Of a stretch of DNA of 26,836 bases, positions 1 through 8,295 are shown in pieces. Within the stretch, counting starts at the first letter, position 1, and the number at the start of each line of letters is the position of its first letter. The position numbers and the translations under genes were made by a program. The notes beneath the pieces are model-generated. The model was given only the letters and a program-made list of their open reading frames with translations, did not search any database and was not told where the DNA came from. Origin of the DNA: an uncultured Clostridium sp. (lineage in GTDB: Bacteria; Bacillota; Clostridia; TANB77; CAG-508); assembly GCA_964644295.1 (NCBI GenBank), contig CAZXVQ010000001.1:1-26836 (forward strand), in the 5' to 3' direction.

Positions 1-42
1 AAGAAAATTTTTGCATCAAATTTTTTCAAAAAAATAAAATAT

Positions 43-87
43 AAAAATGCTTATAGCCCGGCAATACCAGCAGGTATAGGCATTTTT
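43..87. terminator. Stem-loop, intrinsic terminator-like, flanked by A- and T-runs
   Basis: AAAAATGCTTATA (43-55) pairs with TATAGGCATTTTT (75-87) with one G:U pair; 19-nt loop. Confidence 0.55.
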
Positions 88-92
88 TATTT

Positions 93-119
93 AACCATAT
101 AGATAGTTACTATATGGTT
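93..119. terminator. Second hairpin (terminator or palindromic operator)
   Basis: Perfect 10-bp inverted repeat AACCATATAG (93-102) / CTATATGGTT (110-119), 7-nt loop, followed by TTT. Confidence 0.5.
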
Positions 120-136
120 TTTGTAAAAGCATATAA

Positions 137-249
137 AACAACGTAATTACAAGGAGTTCGAGAAATTTACAGATGATTAAAAGTTGCAAATTACAATTCG
201 AAATTATTAAAATGCCTGCCTAAACTTAAAATAAAAAATTTACGTTGTT
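137..249. repeat. 10-bp inverted repeat pair flanking the region upstream of the pilin-like gene
   Basis: AACAACGTAA (137-146) and TTACGTTGTT (240-249) are exact reverse complements. Confidence 0.4.
184..213 (+). promoter_or_regulatory. Candidate sigma-A promoter for the pilin-like gene
   Basis: TTGCAA (184-189), 18 bp, TAAAAT (208-213). Imperfect match in AT-rich DNA. Confidence 0.3.
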
Positions 250-301
250 GATGGTGCTAAAAATACAATACTTTAGAAAATCTAAAGAGAAAGAGGAGAA
301 A

Positions 302-1549
302 ATGGAAAGAAAACAAAAAAACACATGGACAAACCCAAAGGGAATTACACTAATTGCTTTAGTAATAACAATAGTAGTACTTCTAATTTTAGCAGGAGTG
401 AGCCTTAACGCAGTAGTAGGCAACAATGGAATAGTAAATAGGGCGCAGGAGGCAAGTAAGGAAACAGATGTCGCAGAAACAAGAGAACAAATTTTGATGG
501 GACTTGTTGGAATCTATGCAGGCGCTGGAGATTACACAAATGATGATGTAGTTACAGCAGTAAAAAATGTAGTTGGAGACGATAAAGCAATAGAAGTAGG
601 ACAAGCAACAGTAACAACAGCAAAAGGAAATGAAGTAGATATTTCAGATTTGTGGGTAGGCGTAAAAGTAACATTTGAAGATGGAAGTACCACAATACTA
701 ACAAAGGATAATTATGCACAATATTTGGGCAAAGTAGTAACAAATTATAAAGGACCGGAAGGAACTGAAGAGATACAAGTGGGAGACTATACTTACACAG
801 TATCTACAACATACAGGTTGTATTACATAGACTTTGACAATAAATATGGAGATGGAGCAGGAACAGTATATTTAAAAGCAGATGAGACAGGGACTATCTA
901 TAGCCTGCAAACAGATGGAAATGAGGCAACATCAAAAATAGCAAGTTTAAATCCGTCATTGTATGCAAATGGAGTAACAGCACCATCAAGTGAAAATAAT
1001 AATATGAAGGCAGTAACATGGCTAACAGACACAGAAAAATGGAGCGGGCTTGTAACATCTGGAGCAGAAACGGATATAGGAGATAAAGTAAATTATGTAG
1101 TAGGAGCACCAAGCCTAGAAATGATGATGGATAGCTACAATGCACATTACGGATTAAATGAAGAAAGCATGAACACAGGAACACTTGATGGAAGTACAAG
1201 AGCAAAACTATTTTACAAATATAACTCAGGAGATTATGGATATATGGTAGGACCAAGTAATAGTAGCTCTGCAACAGATGGATATTATTATTCGACATCT
1301 AATTATAGCGTTCCATCAGATAGCGATATAGATAGAGTTTATTATCCAGGAGCATGGTACTGGTTGGCTTCCCCTTCTGCTTACTCTAACTTCGTGATGT
1401 CTGTGTTCTTTACCTACGGGGGCTATGTGCACACCAGCGGCTATAACTACGCCAACGCGTTTTGCCCGCTAGTTTCTCTAAAATCTAATGTACAGTTGTC
1501 ATTGAAGGACGAGAATGTAGATTTGCCGTATATTGAGGTAGAGATGTAA
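302..1549 (+). CDS. Type IV pilin-like (class III signal peptide) surface protein with a C-terminal C-type-lectin-like variable domain
   Basis: Likely start is ATG 302 after AAGAGGAG; the ORF track extends it to TTG 245. N-terminus PKG|ITLIALVITIVVLLILAGVSL resembles a prepilin cleavage site plus hydrophobic helix. C-terminus WYWLASP...AFCPLVSLKS resembles the CLec-fold end of DGR targets. Confidence 0.8.
   Translation: MERKQKNTWTNPKGITLIALVITIVVLLILAGVSLNAVVGNNGIVNRAQEASKETDVAETREQILMGLVGIYAGAGDYTNDDVVTAVKNVVGDDKAIEVGQATVTTAKGNEVDISDLWVGVKVTFEDGSTTILTKDNYAQYLGKVVTNYKGPEGTEEIQVGDYTYTVSTTYRLYYIDFDNKYGDGAGTVYLKADETGTIYSLQTDGNEATSKIASLNPSLYANGVTAPSSENNNMKAVTWLTDTEKWSGLVTSGAETDIGDKVNYVVGAPSLEMMMDSYNAHYGLNEESMNTGTLDGSTRAKLFYKYNSGDYGYMVGPSNSSSATDGYYYSTSNYSVPSDSDIDRVYYPGAWYWLASPSAYSNFVMSVFFTYGGYVHTSGYNYANAFCPLVSLKSNVQLSLKDENVDLPYIEVEM
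1358..1480 (+). other. Putative DGR variable region (VR) and IMH-like end
   Basis: In 1358-1468 (37 codons) none ends in A; A is 17/111 (15%) and GC is 58/111 (52%), while the rest of the gene is A-rich with many A-ending codons. Many NNC/NNT codons, as expected from mutagenised AAC/AAT. No template repeat or RT in the window. Confidence 0.7.
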
Positions 1550-1564
1550 CATAGGCATAGCCCA

Positions 1565-1667
1565 CTTTAGGTCACACGCCCTCGTGTTTTCCCGCTATTT
1601 TTTCTAGAGTCTAGTGTTACAAAGGCACAAGTAAATAAAACAAAAGCCAAAGATGATACGACTTGGG
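1565..1667 (+). repeat. 103-bp direct repeat, copy 1
   Basis: Ungapped alignment to 1795-1897 gives 88/103 identity; both copies start with the identical 16-mer CTTTAGGTCACACGCC. Confidence 0.9.
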
Positions 1668-1732
1668 ATAATATAGAACAAGCAGAACTACCACCAACTG
1701 AACCACCTGAGCAAGAAGAAGAGGAGAGTTAG
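1571..1732 (+). pseudogene. Orphan 3' end of a pilin/CLec-like gene (tail 1)
   Basis: Open frame of 53 codons without a start: VTRPRVFPLFFLESSVTKAQVNKTKAKDDTTWDNIEQAELPPTEPPEQEEEES*. Its start resembles the FCPLVSLKSNV end of the upstream gene. Confidence 0.55.
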
Positions 1733-1794
1733 AATAGGCAGAATTCAGCCTTTTAAGATAACTGCGTAAATTCAACGAATTTATTGGCGCAGCC

Positions 1795-1897
1795 CTTTAG
1801 GTCACACGCCATCGCTTTTTGCCACTAGTTTTTCTAGTAGCTAGTGTTACAAAGGCACAAGTAAGTAAAATAACAGTAAAAGATGATATGACTTGGG
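1795..1897 (+). repeat. 103-bp direct repeat, copy 2 (230 bp downstream of copy 1)
   Basis: Same alignment as copy 1; the sequences diverge completely after ACTTGGG. Confidence 0.9.
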
Positions 1898-2004
1898 TAA
1901 GGCAGAAGGATGCTCGATTTTGGCTAGCTCATAATGAGTGCGAAAAAAGGGCAAAAACTTCCCCAATAGCACAAATTTTCGGAGTCACTCCCAAAATGGT
2001 ATGA
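1801..2004 (+). pseudogene. Orphan 3' end of a pilin/CLec-like gene (tail 2)
   Basis: Contains ORF 1819-2004 (PLVFLVASVTKAQVSKITVKDDMTW...). ACGCCATCGCTTTTTGCCA-CTAGTTTTTCTA aligns to the gene's ACGCCAACGCGTTTTGCCCGCTAGTTTCTCTA. Confidence 0.55.
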
Positions 2005-2049
2005 TAAAAAATATGGGATAGTTTTACTAAGAATTTACAAATCAGTCCC

Positions 2050-2086
2050 AAAATAGTACGATTTTCATTGAAATCGTACTATTTTT
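2050..2086 (+). terminator. Intrinsic terminator closing the pilin locus
   Basis: Perfect 15-bp stem AAAATAGTACGATTT / AAATCGTACTATTTT, 6-nt loop, ending in a T-run. Confidence 0.7.
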
Positions 2087-2096
2087 GCTGTATAAT
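2068..2096 (+). promoter_or_regulatory. Sigma-A promoter of trmB
   Basis: TTGAAA (2068-2073), 17 bp, TATAAT (2091-2096). Confidence 0.75.
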
Positions 2097-2137
2097 GGTT
2101 TTGTAAAAAAATGCAAATTAATATGTGGAGAATGTAA

Positions 2138-2824
2138 ATGAGAATTCGTTTTAAAAAGTGGGCAAGACCAGAATTAGAAGCAAGCAAGTTTTATATAGAT
2201 AATCCAGAGGAATATAAGGGAAAGTGGCAAGAGCTTTTTAAAAATCAAAATCCAATATATTTAGAACTGGGATGTGGAAAGGGCAGTTTTATTTCTCAAA
2301 TTGCATGTAATAATCAAAATGTAAATTATATTGCAATAGATTTGGTAGATGCAATGTTGGGGCTTGCAAAGCGAAATATAGAAACTGCATATAAAGAGGC
2401 AAAAAAAGAAATAAATAATGTGTATATAACTAGATACGATATTGATAGAATTTCAAATATTTTTGATAGTAATGACAAAATAGAAAGAATATATATTAAT
2501 TTTTGCAATCCATGGCCAAGAGGAAAACATCATAAAAAAAGGCTAACTCATACAAGGCAATTAGAAAAGTACAAACAGTTTTTACAAGAAGGTGGTAAGG
2601 TTTATTTTAAGACAGATGATGATAATTTGTTTTGCGATAGTCTAACTTATTTTAAAGAGGCGGGATTTACCATAGAAAAAACGACATACAATTTAGAAAA
2701 TGAGCAGAATTTTTGGAATGGCGAGGAAAATATAGAAACAGAACATGAAAAAATGTTTATGCAAGATGGAATTAAAATTAAAGCACTAATTGCAACTTGT
2801 AATAAAAAGCCAAAAAATAACTAA
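2138..2824 (+). CDS. trmB: tRNA (guanine-N7)-methyltransferase
   Basis: Motifs [34 protein letters not shown]. Confidence 0.95.
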   Translation: MRIRFKKWARPELEASKFYIDNPEEYKGKWQELFKNQNPIYLELGCGKGSFISQIACNNQNVNYIAIDLVDAMLGLAKRNIETAYKEAKKEINNVYITRYDIDRISNIFDSNDKIERIYINFCNPWPRGKHHKKRLTHTRQLEKYKQFLQEGGKVYFKTDDDNLFCDSLTYFKEAGFTIEKTTYNLENEQNFWNGEENIETEHEKMFMQDGIKIKALIATCNKKPKNN

Positions 2825-2896
2825 AGAAAAATATTAAGAATTTCATAAAAAACATAAGAAGGACACAAAATAGTCTTATAATACTATTAGTAAAAA

Positions 2897-3595
2897 ATGG
2901 GAGGAATGAATTTTATTATGGATAATAATTGTATTCTAATAGTAGATGACGAAGAAAGAATGAGAAAGCTTATAAAAGATTTTTTAAAGCAAAAGGATTA
3001 TTGCACATTAGAAGCTGCAGATGGCGAAGAGGCTTTAAAAATATTTGAGGAAAATCAAAAGAGAATAAAACTAATATTATTAGATGTTATGATGCCGAAA
3101 TTAGATGGCTGGTCCGTACTTAGACAAATAAGGCAAAATTCAACAGTTCCAATTGTTATGCTTACAGCAAGAGGCGAAGAACAGGACGAACTTTTTGGGT
3201 TTGAGCTTGGGGTGGACGAGTATATATCTAAGCCGTTTAGCCCTAAAATATTGGTTGCAAGAGTAGAGTCAATTTTAAAAAGAACAGCCGAAGGTTCAAA
3301 ACAGATAAAGGAAATAGGCGGAATAGAAATAGATAAACAAGGAAGAACAGTATCTGTTGATGGAAAAGAAATAGATCTTAGTCTAAGGGAATATGAATTG
3401 CTTGTTTATTTAATAGAAAACCAAGGAATTGCACTTTCAAGGGATAAAATTTTAAATAATGTATGGAATTATGATTATTATGGCGATTCAAGAACAATAG
3501 ATAGTCATATAAAGAAAATAAGGCACAAATTAGGCAAAAAAGGTAAGTTTATAGAGACTATAAGAGGAATTGGATATAAGTTTGAGGTAAAGTAA
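2897..3595 (+). CDS. OmpR/PhoB-family response regulator
   Basis: Receiver domain (ILIVDDE, LLDVMMPKLDG, MLTA, DEYISKPF) plus winged helix (SRTIDSHIKKIR, TIRGIGYKF). The true start may be ATG 2918. Confidence 0.95.
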   Translation: MGGMNFIMDNNCILIVDDEERMRKLIKDFLKQKDYCTLEAADGEEALKIFEENQKRIKLILLDVMMPKLDGWSVLRQIRQNSTVPIVMLTARGEEQDELFGFELGVDEYISKPFSPKILVARVESILKRTAEGSKQIKEIGGIEIDKQGRTVSVDGKEIDLSLREYELLVYLIENQGIALSRDKILNNVWNYDYYGDSRTIDSHIKKIRHKLGKKGKFIETIRGIGYKFEVK

Positions 3596-3599
3596 AAAC

Positions 3600-5108
3600 A
3601 TGAAAAAAAAGGGAGTAATATTTAAATCTGTAAGAATGAAATTGTTTGTTACGTTAAGTGGAGTAATTGCGTTTATTATAGCTCTACTTATAATAATGAA
3701 CAGTTTAGTTTTGGAGACTTTTTATATTATGTCAAAAATAAACACCGTAAAAGAAGAATACCTATCAATTAACGATATGTTTAATAAAAATAGCGCTGAT
3801 ACAATAGAACAAATAAAAAGAGATGCCATTGCAAATAATTTTGATATATTAATACAAAACGAAGCATATATGGTTATATTTTCTTCAAGCGACGATTTTA
3901 CAAACATATTAAACCAAAATGCAGATATAGGTGTAAAATTCAAATTTTGGAACAAAGGAGAGCAAAGGATAATCTATACTTCGGAAAATTTTTCAATAAA
4001 AAAAGTCTACTCCAATGGTCTAAATTGTATACTATTAAATGGCGAGCTTGATAATGGCTATAAAATTTTTATACAAATTCCAATAGCTGCAATAGAAGAA
4101 AGCGTTAGAATATCCAACAATTTGCTATTAATTATAGGAGCAATTTCAATTATTATTGCGGGAATTGCTGCCTCATTGGTTTCAAAAAAGTTTACAAAAC
4201 CAATACTTGAGCTAAATCTAATAGCAAATAAAATGTCTAAACTAGATTTTAGTCAAAAATACGAATTAACTAATTCGCAAGACGAGATAAACGAACTGGG
4301 AAATAGTATAAATACAATGTCTGAAAAGCTGGAGAGTACAATAAAACAGCTAAGAGATACTAACACGGAACTTGAAAAAGATATAGAGGAAAAATCTAAA
4401 ATAGACGAAATGAGAAAGCAGTTTATTTCTGATGTGTCTCACGAGCTAAAGACGCCAATTGCCCTAATTCAAGGCTATGCAGAAGGATTAGTGGAAAATG
4501 TAAATGCTGACGAGGAATCAAAAAAATATTATGCAGAAGTAATATTGGACGAGTCGTACAAAATGGATAAATTGGTAAAACAATTGCTAGAATTAATGAA
4601 ATTAGAATATGGTAAGAGAGAATTTAACGACCAGCAATTTAATATTTGCGAACTTATACAAGAGGTAATAAGAAAATGCCATGTTATGTTAGAGGAAAAT
4701 AAAATAGAAGATATAAGATTTGAATGTGAGAAAAAAGTGGAAGTTTATGCAGACGAATTTTATATAGAGCAAGCATTTACAAATTATTTAACAAATGCAA
4801 TTAAAAATACAAAACAGATTAATGGAGAAAAATATATTGAGATTAAATTAACAAAAAATCCAGATGGCAAGAGCATTAGAGTTTCCGTATTTAATACTGG
4901 TAACAACATAAAAGAGGAAAATCTTGATAGAATTTGGGTAAGATTTTATAAAGAAGATGAGTCTAGAAATAGAAACGATGGAGGAAGCGGAATAGGTCTA
5001 TCTTTAGTAAAAGCAATAATGAACAATTACAAAGCAAAATATGGAGTTATTAACAAGCAAAACGGGGTAGAGTTTTACTTCGACATAGCAGTAAGTAGCA
5101 ATTCTTGA
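3600..5108 (+). CDS. Membrane sensor histidine kinase (HAMP-HisKA-HATPase)
   Basis: Two TM segments, HAMP (DEINELGNSINTM), H-box FISDVSHELKTPI, N-box NYLTNAIK, G-box GGSGIGLSLV. Confidence 0.95.
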   Translation: MKKKGVIFKSVRMKLFVTLSGVIAFIIALLIIMNSLVLETFYIMSKINTVKEEYLSINDMFNKNSADTIEQIKRDAIANNFDILIQNEAYMVIFSSSDDFTNILNQNADIGVKFKFWNKGEQRIIYTSENFSIKKVYSNGLNCILLNGELDNGYKIFIQIPIAAIEESVRISNNLLLIIGAISIIIAGIAASLVSKKFTKPILELNLIANKMSKLDFSQKYELTNSQDEINELGNSINTMSEKLESTIKQLRDTNTELEKDIEEKSKIDEMRKQFISDVSHELKTPIALIQGYAEGLVENVNADEESKKYYAEVILDESYKMDKLVKQLLELMKLEYGKREFNDQQFNICELIQEVIRKCHVMLEENKIEDIRFECEKKVEVYADEFYIEQAFTNYLTNAIKNTKQINGEKYIEIKLTKNPDGKSIRVSVFNTGNNIKEENLDRIWVRFYKEDESRNRNDGGSGIGLSLVKAIMNNYKAKYGVINKQNGVEFYFDIAVSSNS

Positions 5109-5133
5109 CAAGGCAATTATAAAAAATTATAAT
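5105..5133 (+). promoter_or_regulatory. Consensus sigma-A promoter
   Basis: TTGACA (5105-5110), 17 bp, TATAAT (5128-5133). Confidence 0.85.
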
Positions 5134-5189
5134 AAAATTATTCCTAAAAGAGAAAATATACTAAGGAAAATTTAAAAAAGGAGAAGCAT

Positions 5190-7004
5190 ATGAAACAAAA
5201 TAATAATCAATTAAAAAATCAGGATGATATAAGGAAAACTGTTAGAAATAGCACAACTAAAAGCAAAAAGAAAAATCCCAAAGGGGCTATTTATCTAATA
5301 ATTTTAATAATTGCAATAATAGCAATTATTGCAATAGTTAATAATATTAATAAAAACAAAAACATTGCACTAGAGGAAGTAAGTGAATATAATTATTTCA
5401 TTACAACAGTTGACTCAAAATATGGAATTATAGATAAAGTTGGGCAGGTTATAATAGAGCCACAATATGATTATATACAAATACCAAATCCGGAAGAACC
5501 AATATTTATATGCTTTTATGATTACAGCACAGAAGAAATGGAATATAGCTCAAAAGTATTAAATGAAGAAGGCGAAGAAATACTTACAAAATATCAAAAA
5601 GTACAGGCAATTGCAAACAATAATACATCTATTAATAATTCTTATCAAACGAGCATTTTAAAATACAAAGATAACGGAAAATATGGAATAATAACATTAA
5701 CTGGCAAGAAAATTACAGATGCCATATATGACAGCATTGAAACTTTAGAATACAAAGATGGAATTCTTAAAGTAAAGCAAGAAGACCAATATGGGTTAAT
5801 TGAGCTAAATGGAAATAAGCTTGTTGAATGTGAATATAACTCTATTGCATCAGATGGTTATTATGACGAAAACACAAAGTACGATATGGCTGGATTTATA
5901 GTAAATATTAGAACAGATGAGGGATATAGATATGGATATATAAACTATAAGGGAAAACAAACATTAGACACTATTTATACAAATCTAAAAAGAATAACAG
6001 AAATAAAAGATGCAGAAACCGTTTATATGATAACATATAAAAATGGACAAGCAGGGCTTCTAAAAAATTCTCAAACCATATTAAAAAATGAGTACGAAAG
6101 CATAGAATATGATTCGGTAAATAAACTTTTGGCATTGCAAAAAAGCGCTAAGCAAGGCGTATACGATTTAGCCGGAAATATGATTTTACCAATTCAATAT
6201 GATGAAATAATATTTGCTGGGCAGTATATTAACACATCTAAGGATGACAAACTTTTGGTATTTGATGCAACTGGAACAATTCAAAGTGAAGATAGCTACA
6301 AGAGCATTTTGCCAGTAGCTGACGGAAAATATTATATAACAATAGATAGAAACAACAAATATGGCGTTACAGATAGTAACAAAATAACGTTAATAGAAAA
6401 TAGCTATTCATATATAGAATATGCTTTTGACAACTATTTTATTGTATCTAAAGGAGGAAAATCTGGCGTATTAAGTACAGATACAGAGATTATTCCTATA
6501 GAATATAATGTTGTTCAAAATATAAGAGGAACTAACATAATTCAAACAATAAATTCAGATACAAGTACATCAGAACTATATAACAAAGAATTAGAGAAAA
6601 TTGCAACTAAAAAAGAGGCAAAAATTTATATAAAAGATAATTATATAGAGATTTCGTCAGAAGAAAGCATAGATTATTTTGACTTTGACGGAAATGCAAA
6701 ACAGCCACAAGAAATTTTTACAGATAATCAAATATTTGCAAAAGAGCAAAACGGCAAATGGGGATATGTGGATAAAGCTGGGAATGTAGTTGTGGAATTC
6801 AAGTATGAAATGGCCACTAATATAAACGAATATGGCTTTGGTGCGATAAAGCAAAATGGAAAATGGGGAGTTGTAGATAGCGCTGGAAATATTATAAAAG
6901 AGCCAGTATATACTATAGAAACTTATGAACCAAACTTTATTGGCGAATATTATGAGATTACAAGTGCATATCAATCTTCATATTATTCTAATGTTGTAGA
7001 GTAA
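5190..7004 (+). CDS. Membrane-anchored WG-repeat (beta-repeat) protein
   Basis: Basic N-terminus plus one TM helix; repeated KYG/KWG-xI-D/N motifs (SKYGIIDKVG, GKYGIITLTG, GKWGYVDKAG, GKWGVVDSAG). Confidence 0.8.
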   Translation: MKQNNNQLKNQDDIRKTVRNSTTKSKKKNPKGAIYLIILIIAIIAIIAIVNNINKNKNIALEEVSEYNYFITTVDSKYGIIDKVGQVIIEPQYDYIQIPNPEEPIFICFYDYSTEEMEYSSKVLNEEGEEILTKYQKVQAIANNNTSINNSYQTSILKYKDNGKYGIITLTGKKITDAIYDSIETLEYKDGILKVKQEDQYGLIELNGNKLVECEYNSIASDGYYDENTKYDMAGFIVNIRTDEGYRYGYINYKGKQTLDTIYTNLKRITEIKDAETVYMITYKNGQAGLLKNSQTILKNEYESIEYDSVNKLLALQKSAKQGVYDLAGNMILPIQYDEIIFAGQYINTSKDDKLLVFDATGTIQSEDSYKSILPVADGKYYITIDRNNKYGVTDSNKITLIENSYSYIEYAFDNYFIVSKGGKSGVLSTDTEIIPIEYNVVQNIRGTNIIQTINSDTSTSELYNKELEKIATKKEAKIYIKDNYIEISSEESIDYFDFDGNAKQPQEIFTDNQIFAKEQNGKWGYVDKAGNVVVEFKYEMATNINEYGFGAIKQNGKWGVVDSAGNIIKEPVYTIETYEPNFIGEYYEITSAYQSSYYSNVVE

Positions 7005-7042
7005 TATGAAAATATTATAAAAAAATAAACAGGAGTAATAAA

Positions 7043-8272
7043 ATGGTAAAAGAAGAAATAACACAAATTGTTAAAACAGCAGAAGAAAAACTTAAAGAAC
7101 AATTTAAATTGGCAGACGAAATATGCGAATTTAACAGTAGCAAGGTATTGCAGGCCTTTCAAGAAAATTCAGTAACAGAGGCAGATTTTGGAATGACAAC
7201 AGGTTATGGCTATGGCGATATAGGAAGAGAAAAAATAGAAAATGTATTTGCAGATGTTTTAAAAGCAGAGGATTGCATAGTAAGAGGTCAATTTATATCT
7301 GGAACACACGCATTAACCGTTGCTTTATTTGCATTTTTAAGGCCGGGGGACACCATGCTTAGCATTACTGGCAAGCCATATGACACATTAGACGAGGTAA
7401 TTGGAATAGAAGAAAATGAAAGCTCACTAAAATCATTTGGTGTAAAATACGAGCAAATAGAATTAATAAATAACGACTTTGATTACGAAAAGATACAAGA
7501 AAGACTTAAAGGTTCTAAAATAAAATTAATAGAAATTCAGAGGTCAAAGGGATACTCATTAAGAAAAAGTATCTCTCTAGAAAAAGTTGAAAAAGTGATA
7601 AAAGCAATAAGGCAAGTAGATAAAAATGTTATTATAATGATAGACAATTGCTATTGCGAATTTGTAGGAAAGCAAGAGCCATTAGAGGTTGGAGCAGATG
7701 TAATTGTTGGTTCGTTAATTAAAAATTTAGGTGGAGGAATTGCTCCAAATGGAGCATATATTGCAGGCAAAAAACATTTGGTAGAACTTGCAGCTCAAAG
7801 ATTAACCGTACCAGGAGAAGGAAGAGATGTAGGACCAAGCTTGGGAATAAACAAAAGCTTTTTACAGGGCTTGTTTTTAGCCCCTGGAGTTGTAAAGGCA
7901 AGTGTAAAAACAGCAATATTAACAAGTAAAGTTTTAGAAGATTTGGGTTACAAAGTAGAGCCAAGATATAATGAAGAAAGAGTAGATATTGTTCAAACTA
8001 TAGAATTTGGAGAAAGAGAAAAACTAATAAAATATTGCCAAGGCATACAAAAAGGTTCTCCAATAGATTCTAATTCTTTACCGGAACCGTGCAAAACACC
8101 AGGTTACCTAGACGAAATAATAATGGCATCTGGCAGTTTTACGCAAGGCTCTTCAATAGAACTTTCATGTGATGGGCCACTGCGTCCACCATTTGTAGGG
8201 TTTCAACAAGGAGCATTAACATACGAATATGGAAAACTTGGATTAATAAAGGCAATATCGGAAATTTCATAG
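7043..8272 (+). CDS. Methionine gamma-lyase family / YnbB-like PLP-dependent protein
   Basis: Motifs GYGYGDIGRE, FISGTHA, MIDNCYCEF, GSLIKNLGGG, FTQGSSIELSCDGP. Confidence 0.9.
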   Translation: MVKEEITQIVKTAEEKLKEQFKLADEICEFNSSKVLQAFQENSVTEADFGMTTGYGYGDIGREKIENVFADVLKAEDCIVRGQFISGTHALTVALFAFLRPGDTMLSITGKPYDTLDEVIGIEENESSLKSFGVKYEQIELINNDFDYEKIQERLKGSKIKLIEIQRSKGYSLRKSISLEKVEKVIKAIRQVDKNVIIMIDNCYCEFVGKQEPLEVGADVIVGSLIKNLGGGIAPNGAYIAGKKHLVELAAQRLTVPGEGRDVGPSLGINKSFLQGLFLAPGVVKASVKTAILTSKVLEDLGYKVEPRYNEERVDIVQTIEFGEREKLIKYCQGIQKGSPIDSNSLPEPCKTPGYLDEIIMASGSFTQGSSIELSCDGPLRPPFVGFQQGALTYEYGKLGLIKAISEIS

Positions 8273-8295
8273 ATTAAAGAAAGGGGAGAAACTTT

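Noticed and set aside
1-300. c-di-GMP riboswitch upstream of the pilin
   Set aside because: Could not find the conserved class I or class II aptamer motifs in the right order.
245-301. Extended pilin start at TTG 245
   Set aside because: No RBS; ATG 302 has AAGAGGAG upstream and gives a normal short prepilin leader.
1565-1897. The 103-bp repeat pair as a DGR TR/VR pair
   Set aside because: The 15 mismatches are not adenine-specific (c/t, g/t, c/g occur) and neither copy is rich in AAY codons.
1565-2066. Repeats as a CRISPR array
   Set aside because: Only two long degenerate copies, no regular repeat-spacer period, no cas genes.
111-2108. TATATGGTTTTTGTAAAA (111-128) and TATAATGGTTTTGTAAAA (2091-2108) as a target-site duplication
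   Set aside because: AT-rich and imperfect; each copy is explained by another element (hairpin arm, -10 box).
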